Origin: an archaeon
GTDB taxonomy: Archaea > Iainarchaeota > Iainarchaeia > Iainarchaeales > JAAZKV01
DNA length: 53,411 nucleotides
NCBI GenBank assembly: GCA_041664905.1
Contig: JBAYJX010000004.1
Coordinates: 1 to 53,411, forward strand
Reading direction: 5' to 3'
Shown: in pieces, positions 9,720 through 17,913 of the stretch
How the letters are laid out: each line of letters starts with the position of its first letter
How positions within the stretch are numbered: the stretch's first letter is position 1
Translations under genes and position numbers: made by a program
Notes under the pieces: model-generated
The model's database searches: none
Told to the model about the DNA's origin: nothing
Seen by the model: only the letters and a program-made list of their open reading frames with translations

Positions 9720-9848
9720 GCAGGGGTTCCCGAGCGGTCAAAGGGGCAGGACTTAAGTGGTCAAAAATTGATTTACTTATGTAAAGTCAATGGATCAAAG
9801 TTATCCTGTAGCTTAGTGCTTTCGAGAGTTCGAATCTCTTCCCCTGCA
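9720..9848 (+). tRNA. tRNA-Leu(UAA) with a 45-nt intron at the canonical 37/38 position (9758-9802)
   Basis: Manual cloverleaf: acceptor GCAGGGG/CCCCTGC, D-arm CCCG..GGGG, anticodon stem CAGGA/TCCTG, loop CT-TAA-G[intron]A, long variable arm, T-arm GAGAG-TTCGAAT-CTCTT, discriminator A. The intron holds a hairpin (TTGATTTAC/GTAAAGTCAA). Confidence 0.85.
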
Positions 9849-9878
9849 GTATATTATATTTAAAAGAAGTGAAAAAAT

Positions 9879-10238
9879 ATGGCAAAAAAACTTGAAACAA
9901 TAAAACTCGTTGCGAGTCTTGAAAAAGCAGCAAGAAAAACAAATAAAGAAATGTGGGCGGATTTAGCTGAAAGACTAGCAGCTCCAAGCAGAAACAAAGT
10001 TGCAGTAAATATAAAGAAAATTGATCTTTTAGCTAAAAAGTTTAAAGGAAAAATACTTTTAGTTCCTGGAAAAGTACTTTCAGAAGGAGAACTAAATGAA
10101 AAAGTTACTGTAGTTGCAATAGCGGCTTCAGCAGGCGCAAAAGAAAAAATAAATGCAAAAGGAAAATTAATTTCATTAATTGACTTCGCGAAAGACGCGG
10201 CAAAAGTTGAGTTAAAGAATGTAATGATAGTTAAGTAA
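9879..10238 (+). CDS. rpl18e: 50S ribosomal protein eL18
   Basis: LVASLEKAARKTNKEMWADLAERLAAPSRNKVAVNIKKI ... LLVPGKVLSEGEL fits the eL18 family. It precedes L13-S9 as usual. Confidence 0.88.
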   Translation: MAKKLETIKLVASLEKAARKTNKEMWADLAERLAAPSRNKVAVNIKKIDLLAKKFKGKILLVPGKVLSEGELNEKVTVVAIAASAGAKEKINAKGKLISLIDFAKDAAKVELKNVMIVK

Positions 10239-10254
10239 TGTAATGGGTGTTAAT

Positions 10255-10677
10255 ATGGTTGTAATCGACGCAAAAGGAGCTGTTGCAGGAAGACTTGCAT
10301 CAAAAGTAGCAAAAAGAATAATTAGAGGAGAAACAATTACAATCGTTAATGCAGAAGAAGCAGTAATCGTTGGAAGCAACACTGCAGTAATGGAAAAATT
10401 TACTCGAAGAGTTGAAGCAGCAGTAAAAGGAAATCCGCACTATGGACCAAAATACTCAAGAATTCCTGATAGAATATTACGAAGAATGATAAGAAACATG
10501 CTTCCTACAAAGAAAAGTGCAAAAGAAAGAATAATTGCAAAACTTAGTGTTTATAACTCAGTTCCAAAAGAACTTAACAAAGACAAAATGGAAACATTTG
10601 ATGATATTAAGTGTAATGAAAGACATTCTTTCATGACAATGAAAGAAATAGCGCTAGCATTAGGCGGAAGATGGTAA
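10255..10677 (+). CDS. rpl13: 50S ribosomal protein uL13
   Basis: MVVIDAKGAVAGRLASKVAKRIIRGE is the uL13 N-terminus. GGGTG lies 5 nt upstream of ATG 10255. The track start is 10243. Confidence 0.92.
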   Translation: MVVIDAKGAVAGRLASKVAKRIIRGETITIVNAEEAVIVGSNTAVMEKFTRRVEAAVKGNPHYGPKYSRIPDRILRRMIRNMLPTKKSAKERIIAKLSVYNSVPKELNKDKMETFDDIKCNERHSFMTMKEIALALGGRW

Positions 10678-10695
10678 TTCACAGGTGCATAAAAA

Positions 10696-11127
10696 ATGGA
10701 TGAAGAACGAAAAATAAAACCTGCAGCAAAAAGAGCAGGAATGACTGTAAAAGCAAAGAAAAAAAGTGCTGTTGCAAGAGCTGTAATACGAAAAGGAACA
10801 GGCACAATTAAAGTTAATAAAATTAATGTAAATGCTTACTCAAAAGGATATGTGAGAGAATTAATTTTTGAACCAATTAGATTAGCAGAAGATGCTGCAA
10901 AAGAATATGATATTGATGTATCAGTTAATGGTTCAGGATTCATGAGCCAAGCTATAGCAGTACGTTCCTGCATAGCAAAAGCATTTGTAAAAGCAAAAGG
11001 CAAAAAGCTCAAAGAGTTATACACCGCATATGATAGAGCATTGCTTGTTGATGATGTTAGAAGAGTTGAAACTAAGAAGCCACTTGGTAGAAAAGCAAGA
11101 AGGCACAAGCAAAAAAGTAAGAGATAA
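10696..11127 (+). CDS. rps9: 30S ribosomal protein uS9
   Basis: GKKKSAVARAVIRKGTGTIKVN ... and the basic C-terminus KKPLGRKARRHKQKSKR are characteristic of uS9. Confidence 0.93.
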   Translation: MDEERKIKPAAKRAGMTVKAKKKSAVARAVIRKGTGTIKVNKINVNAYSKGYVRELIFEPIRLAEDAAKEYDIDVSVNGSGFMSQAIAVRSCIAKAFVKAKGKKLKELYTAYDRALLVDDVRRVETKKPLGRKARRHKQKSKR

Positions 11128-11201
11128 AATTGTGGATTTAGCTTTTTTTGCAATTTTTTTGCAAAAGAAGCAATTTTACAAATTTGATATTTGGTGATTG
11201 A

Positions 11202-11396
11202 ATGATTGTTCCAGTACGATGTTTTTCATGTGGGAAAGTCTTGGGCGGCCTTTACGGCGAATTTAAAGAACGAACTCAAAAAGGGGAAGATGCAGGAAAA
11301 GTACTGGATGACTTAAAAGTTAAGAAATATTGTTGCAGAAAAGTACTCTTAACACATGCTGAACTCATTGACGAAATAATGAAGTTCCAAAAGTAA
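11202..11396 (+). CDS. rpoN: DNA-directed RNA polymerase subunit N (Rpo10)
   Basis: [15 protein letters not shown] ... [10 protein letters not shown] is the Rpo10/RPB10 zinc-bundle signature in 64 aa. Confidence 0.92.
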   Translation: MIVPVRCFSCGKVLGGLYGEFKERTQKGEDAGKVLDDLKVKKYCCRKVLLTHAELIDEIMKFQK

Positions 11397-11420
11397 ATTT
11401 GATATTGACGAAGTGATATT

Positions 11421-12176
11421 ATGGAAGAAAGACAAGTTGAAAAAGAAACAAAACAAGAAGTTGATGATTCAGAATTCTATAAAGGTAAAGACCTTTTAAT
11501 TGATATAGAAACATACCTGAAAAGCGGAGTTCATATTGGGACAAAGTTCAAAACTGGGGAAATGCGAAGATATATTTTCAAAAAAAGAAAAGATGGGTTA
11601 ATGGTATTTAATATTGAAACAATTGATCAAAGAATTAGAATGGTTGCAAAGTTACTTGCAAAATATAATCCAAAAGAAATTGCAATAGTTGCAAGAAGAA
11701 TGTACGGACACAAACCTGCAAAGAAACTTGCTGCAATGATTGGGGCAAGAGAATTTACTGGGAGATTTATTCCTGGAACATTTACTAACCCACAAGCACG
11801 ATTATTTGTTGAACCAAAAATTGTATTAATTACTGATCCTATAGCTGACGGACAAGCACTAAAAGAAGCTGCTGAAGTAAAAATACCTGTAATAGGTTTC
11901 GCTGGATCAGATTCGCCACTAGCAAACATTGACTTGGTTATTCCTGCAAATAATAAGGGAAGAAAATCACTTGCTGTATTATACTATTTAATTGCAAGAG
12001 AAACTCTTGTTGAAAGAAAAGAAATATCTCGCGATACTTTCTCTTCAAAAGTTGAGGACTTCGAACAAGAAATTGACGAAGCTGCTGAAGAAAAAGCAAG
12101 AAAAGCATTCCAAGCAAGAAAACTAAATAGTCGAAGCAGAACTGATAGTCGCGGAAGAAGACCAAGAAGAGATTAA
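11421..12176 (+). CDS. rps2: 30S ribosomal protein uS2
   Basis: YLKSGVHIGTKFKTGEMRRYIFKKRKDGLMVFNIE ... GRFIPGTFTNPQ ... DLVIPANNKGRKSLAVLYYLIARE is the archaeal uS2 pattern. Confidence 0.93.
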   Translation: MEERQVEKETKQEVDDSEFYKGKDLLIDIETYLKSGVHIGTKFKTGEMRRYIFKKRKDGLMVFNIETIDQRIRMVAKLLAKYNPKEIAIVARRMYGHKPAKKLAAMIGAREFTGRFIPGTFTNPQARLFVEPKIVLITDPIADGQALKEAAEVKIPVIGFAGSDSPLANIDLVIPANNKGRKSLAVLYYLIARETLVERKEISRDTFSSKVEDFEQEIDEAAEEKARKAFQARKLNSRSRTDSRGRRPRRD

Positions 12177-12346
12177 ATTCTTGGTTTTAGTTTTTTTATT
12201 CACTCTTCTTAACTTACGGTTAAACTCTGTGGTCTTGAAGTTAAATTTCAAAAACCCTAGATAGAACCCTAATTAACGTTTTAAAGTAAATTTATATACT
12301 TGTTTGTGTAGTATATTTATGAAGAAGTGCTTTCTAAAGTGATTGT

Positions 12347-13087
12347 ATGAATAATGGTGCACATGAATTATTAGAAAAACTTGGCTTAACAGAATACGAA
12401 GCAAAAACATTAAGCACGCTATTTAATTTAAAAGAAGCAGAAGCTCCAGAAATTTCTCGCACAGCACAAGTGCCAAAAACAAGAGTATATGATGTCTTAG
12501 AAAAATTGATGGCAAAAAATCTGATTATTGAAATAAAAGGAAGACCAAAATTATACCGCGCAATGGAACCGCAAAAAGCAATTGATACTCTAATTATTAG
12601 TAAAAAAAATCAATTAAAAGAACTTGAGAGCCAAGCAGTTGAATTAAAAGAAAACTTTTTAGGTTTTGAAGAAGGGAAAGATGAAACTGGAGAAAAAGTA
12701 ATGAAAGTAAAAGACAAACAAGATTTTGAAAGAATTTTGGGCCAAGAATTATTAAAAGCAACAAAAACAATACAAGGATTAACAGAAATAACTGATGAAC
12801 ATGATATTATACATGATGCACTTATGCGAGCAAAAGACAAAAATATTTCAATTAAACTACTAAATTCAACAGCATCAAAAAGACTAAAAGATTGTTGTGA
12901 CGTGCGACAATTTAATCACGGTCTTAATGCATTCATAATAGATGGTAAAAAAATAGTTATGGCAATAAGCGATTTTAAGAAAACAAAACCAGATTACCAC
13001 TTTGCAATAATGAACGAACACTTGCCAATGGCAAATGCGCTAGTACACTTCTTTGATAAGAATTGGAAAGACGCAAAACAATACTAA
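12347..13087 (+). CDS. TrmB-family transcriptional regulator
   Basis: N-terminal wHTH LGLTEYEAKTLSTLFNLKEAEAPEISRTAQVPKTRVYDVLEKLMAKNLI is a typical TrmB DNA-binding domain, followed by a coiled coil and a C-terminal effector-like domain. Confidence 0.75.
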   Translation: MNNGAHELLEKLGLTEYEAKTLSTLFNLKEAEAPEISRTAQVPKTRVYDVLEKLMAKNLIIEIKGRPKLYRAMEPQKAIDTLIISKKNQLKELESQAVELKENFLGFEEGKDETGEKVMKVKDKQDFERILGQELLKATKTIQGLTEITDEHDIIHDALMRAKDKNISIKLLNSTASKRLKDCCDVRQFNHGLNAFIIDGKKIVMAISDFKKTKPDYHFAIMNEHLPMANALVHFFDKNWKDAKQY

Positions 13088-13128
13088 TTAAATAAAAGAA
13101 TAAATTTTTGCCGGATCGCTGTGTTGAA

Positions 13129-13470
13129 ATGACCTCTAGAAAAGTTAAATTAATAATTTCTGAAGGGATAAATCCCAGAAGCGGAAAAAATTTTCCTGCG
13201 CGTAATGTAAATGGGAAAAAAGAATATCCTACAATTCAATTTAAGCGAAACTTGGCTGCCCATCAAATTAATGGTATGAGAGCAAAAATCCGTGCAAAGA
13301 AAGATTTGTGGCAAAAAACAATATCCCTGATTAGATTGAGTAAAGCTGTTGCCTCTGAAAAACAAGAACGTGAATTAATGCGCAAGCTGGCAGAAAATAT
13401 TTTCGCCGCACACAATAATCGGAGTCTTCTCGATAAAAAAATCAAGCGAATCAGAAAAAGGTTTAGTTAA
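13129..13470 (+). CDS. Hypothetical basic protein
   Basis: Open frame of about 113 aa from ATG 13129 (track start 13108 is TTG). K/R-rich, no recognisable motif and no clear SD. Confidence 0.35.
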   Translation: MTSRKVKLIISEGINPRSGKNFPARNVNGKKEYPTIQFKRNLAAHQINGMRAKIRAKKDLWQKTISLIRLSKAVASEKQERELMRKLAENIFAAHNNRSLLDKKIKRIRKRFS

Positions 13471-13510
13471 TTTAGAAAAACAAAGAAATAAAAACACTCT
13501 TTACAAACTA

Positions 13511-15193
13511 ATGATTATGGCTGAAAAGATTTACGAAGCTGCGTTAAAGTACTCAATAAAGAATGCGTTTGAGCATGATGGTAAATCACAAGTCGGGGCA
13601 GTTGTCGGGAAAGTAAAAGCACTGTTTCCTGAAGTTGATCTAAAAAAAGAAATGCCTTCTATAACAAAAGCTGTTAGTGAAGCTAATTCTATGAACAAAG
13701 AAGAACTCATTAAAAAGTATAATGCGTTTGCTAGCGAGGGTTGGGAACTAAAGCACGTTGAAAAAGAAAAAACTTTGCCAGAACTAGATTGGTTTAAACC
13801 TGGAATGAAATTAATTACAAGAATGGCTCCAAACCCAAACGGAGTAATGCACTTTGGGCACGCAAGACCGGCAGTACTTGCTGATGAGTACTTGAAAAAA
13901 TATGGCGGAACAATGGCACTTAGATTTGATGATACTGATCCAAAAGTAAAAATTCCTGTAGCGGGAATTGAAAAAGAATTTATAAAAGATTTTACTTGGC
14001 TAGGGATAAAATTTGATGAAGTATCAAACGCATCTGACAAACTTGATAGATACTATGAAATAATTGAACAATTAATAGAAATGGGAAAAGCATATGTTTG
14101 TAATTGTGAAAGTGAGGAATGGAGAAAACTTATTTGGAAATCAAAAGCTTGTCCTTGCAGAGAAAAATCTGTTAAAGTGCAAATGGAAAAATGGCAAGAT
14201 ATGCTTATTCACAAAATAAAAGAAGAAGAAGCAGTTGTAAGAATAAAAACAAATTTAAAAGACCCTGATCCATCTACACGTGACTGGTGGGCAGCAAAAG
14301 TAGTTGACAAAATAGATCATCCAAATCCTCGCGTGAAAGACAAACACGTTTGGCCATCATACAACTTAGCTAGTGCAGTTGATGATCATGATATGGGAAT
14401 AAATTTTATTATAAGGGGACAAGAACACATATCAAACGAAGAAAAACAAAAAGAAATGTGGAAATATTTGGGTTGGGAAGATTATCCTCATTGTTACTAC
14501 CACGGAAAAATATCAAAAATCGGAGACATGACTCTAAGCAAAAGCAAAATGAAATTAATAATGGAACAACTTGGTGTTGAGAGATATGATGATCCAAGAA
14601 TGGCAACAATACAAGCTTTTAGAAGAAGAGGATTTACTCCGGAAGCTCTACGAAAAGTAATAATTGATTGTGGACTGAGTCTAAAAGAAGTAAAAATAAC
14701 ATTAGAGATGTTTGCTGCTGGAAACAAAGCAGTTCTAGGTGACGCGAGTTCATTTCCATTTTTTGAAGAAGCTGTGCCGGTAGAAATATATAATTTAATT
14801 CCTGGCGAAGCAGATTGTTATGGGGAGCAGGTAAATTTTGACAATGCGCTAGAAAAAGTATTTATTGATAAAAAAGAACTTGCAAAATACAAAACAAAAA
14901 AAGATGCCCTTGTTAGATTCAAAAAAGCATTTAATGCAAAAATTACAGAAGCTACTGAGTTTGAAGGAAAAGCAATGTTTGTTTCGTACCTAAAAACTGA
15001 GTATCCGGTTGTGTCTTGGGTAGATGAACTAGTTGATGTTGAAATAGTAATGAGTGATGGAACAACAAAAAGAGGCTTCTCTTCACCTTCTTTACTTACT
15101 GCAAAAGGAATAGTTCACTTTGAAGGCCTTGGCTATGCTAATATTGAGGCAAAAGAAAAAGGGATTGTTAAGTGTGTTTATAGCTATGCATAA
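13511..15193 (+). CDS. gltX: Glutamyl-tRNA synthetase (archaeal type)
   Basis: Class I signatures PNPNGVMHFGHAR (HIGH-like) and LSKSKMK (KMSKS-like), plus LRFDDTDP typical of Glx-tRNA synthetases. The 560-aa length is archaeal-type. Confidence 0.9.
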   Translation: MIMAEKIYEAALKYSIKNAFEHDGKSQVGAVVGKVKALFPEVDLKKEMPSITKAVSEANSMNKEELIKKYNAFASEGWELKHVEKEKTLPELDWFKPGMKLITRMAPNPNGVMHFGHARPAVLADEYLKKYGGTMALRFDDTDPKVKIPVAGIEKEFIKDFTWLGIKFDEVSNASDKLDRYYEIIEQLIEMGKAYVCNCESEEWRKLIWKSKACPCREKSVKVQMEKWQDMLIHKIKEEEAVVRIKTNLKDPDPSTRDWWAAKVVDKIDHPNPRVKDKHVWPSYNLASAVDDHDMGINFIIRGQEHISNEEKQKEMWKYLGWEDYPHCYYHGKISKIGDMTLSKSKMKLIMEQLGVERYDDPRMATIQAFRRRGFTPEALRKVIIDCGLSLKEVKITLEMFAAGNKAVLGDASSFPFFEEAVPVEIYNLIPGEADCYGEQVNFDNALEKVFIDKKELAKYKTKKDALVRFKKAFNAKITEATEFEGKAMFVSYLKTEYPVVSWVDELVDVEIVMSDGTTKRGFSSPSLLTAKGIVHFEGLGYANIEAKEKGIVKCVYSYA

Positions 15194-15253
15194 TGCATTT
15201 GAAAAAGGAAATTGTTTTTTACTAAAAACTAATTTACAAAGGTTGCGATATTT

Positions 15254-15823
15254 TTGAGATCCCTAAAAAGTTTTCTTTTTAAAAAAAAATTCTCTTCAAA
15301 GAAAGTTATTACTACAAAACCTGTTGTTCGAAATAAATCTGGACAAAAAGTTGGGTTAGATTCAATGGAAATTGAGTTGAGAAGAAACCCTGAGATTGAT
15401 TTGTTAGGTGTGTCCAAAATAAGACGAGGGGTTCACACAGCTTTTGGTGATGTGAATGAAGTTATTACTACTTGTAAAGATAGTAAAGATCAATTGGGGT
15501 ATGGGGAAATAAGGTTGGCGGCGTTTCCAAATGGGACTCTGGGAAAAGTACAGTTCCAAAAGATTTTGGGTCGACCAGTATATTTAGTTCATAATCTGGC
15601 AGTAAAGTCATTTGCACAAAAAGGGGGAATAGCCACTCAATTACTTTTAGAGACAATAACTTGTATAAAAAAAGAGAAAGGAGTAAGAAGAATTGTTTTG
15701 CATGTAAAAAGAACCAATACAACTGCTCAAAAAATATACGCTCAACTCGGGTTTAAGAAATATTTAGGGATAAGTTATGTGCGACTAAAAAAAGGGGAAA
15801 TACAGCTAAGTCTGGAACTATAA
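15254..15823 (+). CDS. GNAT-family N-acetyltransferase
   Basis: Acetyl-CoA binding region VHNLAVKSFAQKGGIATQLLLETI ... RRIVLHVKRTNTTAQKIYAQLGFK. The true start may be ATG 15365, giving a 152-aa product. Confidence 0.75.
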   Translation: MRSLKSFLFKKKFSSKKVITTKPVVRNKSGQKVGLDSMEIELRRNPEIDLLGVSKIRRGVHTAFGDVNEVITTCKDSKDQLGYGEIRLAAFPNGTLGKVQFQKILGRPVYLVHNLAVKSFAQKGGIATQLLLETITCIKKEKGVRRIVLHVKRTNTTAQKIYAQLGFKKYLGISYVRLKKGEIQLSLEL

Positions 15824-15957
15824 CCCTAAAAAAGTGTGAATTAGAAAAAAATGGAGTAATTGGCTTTTTGGGAAAAGTCCGTTTTGGTCAAGTTTTTAAA
15901 GGTTTCATTTAGGTATTATTTTAGTTTTTAGGCTAATTTTGCCTATGAAGCAGACGC

Positions 15958-15967
15958 TATATATATT
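15958..15967 (+). promoter_or_regulatory. TATA-box-like element (TATATATATT) upstream of the L7Ae operon
   Basis: AT-alternating decamer about 30 nt upstream of ATG 15994. GGAGGTG lies between it and the start. No transcript data. Confidence 0.3.
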
Positions 15968-15993
15968 CGGGCGGTTGACGCGGAGGTGTTGTT

Positions 15994-16356
15994 ATGGCGG
16001 AGTACGTTAAAGTACAATTAACAGATGAATTAAGAGACAAGACTATTGATTTGCTTGAGAAATCAGCAAAAAATGGGAAAATAAGAGGCGGAATTAACGA
16101 AGTAACAAAAGCTATTGAAAGAGGAACTGCGAAGTTTGTAATCATAGCCGAAGACGTTAGTCCAAAAGAAATTGTAATGCACTTACCAATTTTGTGCGAC
16201 GAAAAACAAATACCCTTTAGTTATATTGCAACAAAAAAAGAACTTGGGGACAAAGCAGGTTTACGAACAGCAACTGCATCAATTGCAATAACTGATTCAA
16301 GCGTTGACGCTGAATTAAAAGATTTGGGTAAAAAAATTGCTGAACTTAGGAAGTAA
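15994..16356 (+). CDS. rpl7ae: 50S ribosomal protein L7Ae (eL8, K-turn binding)
   Basis: GKIRGGINEVTKAIERGTAKFVIIAEDVSPKEIVMHLPILCDEKQIPFSYIATKKELG is the L7Ae/L30e/S12e family core. Confidence 0.95.
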   Translation: MAEYVKVQLTDELRDKTIDLLEKSAKNGKIRGGINEVTKAIERGTAKFVIIAEDVSPKEIVMHLPILCDEKQIPFSYIATKKELGDKAGLRTATASIAITDSSVDAELKDLGKKIAELRK

Positions 16357-16367
16357 ATTACGGAGGG

Positions 16368-16589
16368 ATGATTATGGGTGATGAAAAAGGAACTCCTGCT
16401 GAAGTAGTTGAAGTTGTAAAAAAAACAGGTGTTCATGGAGAAGTAACACAAATCCTCTGTAAAATACTTGACGGTCCTGAAAAAGGAAGAGTTAAGCGAA
16501 GAAATGCAAGAGGAAGCGTACAAAAAGGAGATGTCTTGATTTTGCTTGACACTGAAAGAGAAGCAAAAGAAATTAAGACAAGGAATTAA
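16368..16589 (+). CDS. rps28e: 30S ribosomal protein eS28
   Basis: [28 protein letters not shown]...[26 protein letters not shown] matches eS28. The L7Ae-S28e-L24e order is conserved in archaea. Confidence 0.93.
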   Translation: MIMGDEKGTPAEVVEVVKKTGVHGEVTQILCKILDGPEKGRVKRRNARGSVQKGDVLILLDTEREAKEIKTRN

Positions 16590-16603
16590 ACGAAGGTGTG
16601 AAT

Positions 16604-16870
16604 ATGGTTAAATGCAGTTTTTGTGGAAAAGACCTTCCGGTTGGTGGGGGCAAAATGTATGTGAAAAAAGAAGGAACAATCTTCTACTTTTGCTCAAACA
16701 AATGCGAAAAAAATCAAATAAATTTGGGAAGAAAACCAATTGAAACAAAATGGACTGAATCATACAACAAACTAAAGAAAACATTGTTATCTGTTAAAGC
16801 TAAAGAAGGAACTGAAACTAAAGCTAAAGAAACTAAAGTTAAAGAAGCTAAAGCTAAGGACGGAGAGTGA
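16604..16870 (+). CDS. rpl24e: 50S ribosomal protein eL24 with a KAKE-repeat tail
   Basis: [37 protein letters not shown] is the eL24 zinc-binding signature. GGTG lies 6 nt before ATG 16604. The C-terminal tail is K/A/E/T repeats. Confidence 0.92.
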   Translation: MVKCSFCGKDLPVGGGKMYVKKEGTIFYFCSNKCEKNQINLGRKPIETKWTESYNKLKKTLLSVKAKEGTETKAKETKVKEAKAKDGE

Positions 16871-16875
16871 AGTTT

Positions 16876-17421
16876 ATGATAGAACAAACTTTACTCTTAG
16901 TAAAACCTGACGGAGTACAAAGAGGCTTGACTGGAGAAATCCTCAAGCGCTTTGAAAACGTGGGCCTAAAAATAGTTGCAATGAAAATGGTTTGGATAGA
17001 TAATGAATTTGCTGCAAAGCACTATTCTGATATAAAAACTAGAAGAGGAGAAAAAGTTTTCAATGCACTATTAAGTCTTGTGACAATGGGACCAATAGTT
17101 GCTGTAGTACTTGAAGGAGTAGATTCTGTTGAAGTAGTAAGAAAAATTTGTGGAACAACAGAACCAAAATCAGCTCTACCTGGAACAATAAGAGGGGATT
17201 ACGCACACGTTAGTTTTGCTTACTCTGATAAAGTAGATCAAGCAGTAAGAAATGTAGTGCACGCTTCAGGAACAAAAGAAGAAGCAAAAAATGAAATTGC
17301 TTTGTGGTTTAAACAAGACGAAATACATGACTATCCGTCAGTAAATGATATTCATATATTGCACTATAAGGCAGAAGATATAAAGCACATGAAAAAATCA
17401 CCCGGCCAATATGGGGTATGA
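16876..17421 (+). CDS. ndk: Nucleoside diphosphate kinase
   Basis: EQTLLLVKPDGVQRGLTGEILKRFENVGLKIVAMK ... GTIRGDYA ... NVVHASGTKEEAKNEIALWF contains the NDK active-site His context. The track start at 16867 is an upstream GTG. Confidence 0.92.
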   Translation: MIEQTLLLVKPDGVQRGLTGEILKRFENVGLKIVAMKMVWIDNEFAAKHYSDIKTRRGEKVFNALLSLVTMGPIVAVVLEGVDSVEVVRKICGTTEPKSALPGTIRGDYAHVSFAYSDKVDQAVRNVVHASGTKEEAKNEIALWFKQDEIHDYPSVNDIHILHYKAEDIKHMKKSPGQYGV

Positions 17422-17427
17422 GAAAAA

Positions 17428-17892
17428 GTGCATGCGTTGATAGTAGTAAAACCAAGTGCTGTTAGTAATCGACTGCTTGGAAAAATAATTCTTCTAATAG
17501 AAGAAAGCGGCGCATATATTGAGGGCATCAAGGCAGAAAACCTTGATGTACACAATCTCAAACAAAAAGCTAAAAAAGAAAAAGAGCCTAATCAGTTGGA
17601 AAAAATTAGTGCTGCTCTTAATGTTCCATGCGTATTAATTGCAGTAGCTGGAAAAAATGCGTTAAACGTTTGTAACAAAATAAAAGATGAATTTGAAAAC
17701 GAAGTTCACACATCATCAAACGAAGAAGTTGCAAAATACGAACTTGCAAGATTCTTTAAAGATGATGAATTATTTGAATATGAGGAGAATGATTTTGCTA
17801 GTGTGCTTGGAAGCGAACCTGCATTAAAATCTTGGAGAAAATATAAAAACAAAAGTGTAGAAGAAATTGCGGAAAAAGAAAATAAAAAATAA
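17428..17892 (+). CDS. Divergent NDK-like paralogue lacking the Kpn-loop region
   Basis: Aligns by eye to the adjacent ndk product. HALIVVKPSAVSNRLLGKIILLIEESGAYIEGIK matches the NDK beta1-alpha1-beta2 region, PCVLIAVAGKNALNVCNKI matches PIVAVVLEGVDSVEVVRKI, and NEVHTSSNEEVAKYELARFF matches NVVHASGTKEEAKNEIALWF. There is no counterpart of TEP...GTIRGDYA. GTG start. Confidence 0.6.
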   Translation: MHALIVVKPSAVSNRLLGKIILLIEESGAYIEGIKAENLDVHNLKQKAKKEKEPNQLEKISAALNVPCVLIAVAGKNALNVCNKIKDEFENEVHTSSNEEVAKYELARFFKDDELFEYEENDFASVLGSEPALKSWRKYKNKSVEEIAEKENKK

Positions 17893-17913
17893 GTAAAAAA
17901 ATAATTGGGATGA

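Noticed and set aside
13531-14040. Long antisense ORFs inside well-supported genes. Examples: 13531-14040 (169 aa) within gltX, 18669-19175 within aIF5B, 40922-41386 within the giant surface gene, 6725-7111 opposite eL34/eL14, and 1784-2092 opposite eL19.
   Set aside because: They are Phe/Ser/Leu/Ile-rich mirror images of K/E/N-rich sense genes. AAA/GAA/AAT codons read TTT/TTC/ATT on the other strand and seldom give stops. They also lack SD motifs and recognisable domains.
15940-15993. Possible K-turn in the L7Ae 5' leader. L7Ae autoregulation through a leader K-turn is known in some archaea.
   Set aside because: The leader contains TGA/GGA elements (ATGAAG, TTGACG, GGAGG). I could not fold a convincing C-stem / 3-nt bulge / tandem G-A arrangement by eye, so this needs RNA folding and comparative data.
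16795-16865. Tandem AAAGCTAAAGAA-like nucleotide repeats
   Set aside because: They lie in frame inside the eL24 C-terminal K/A/E tail. This is coding low complexity, not a CRISPR array or a non-coding repeat.
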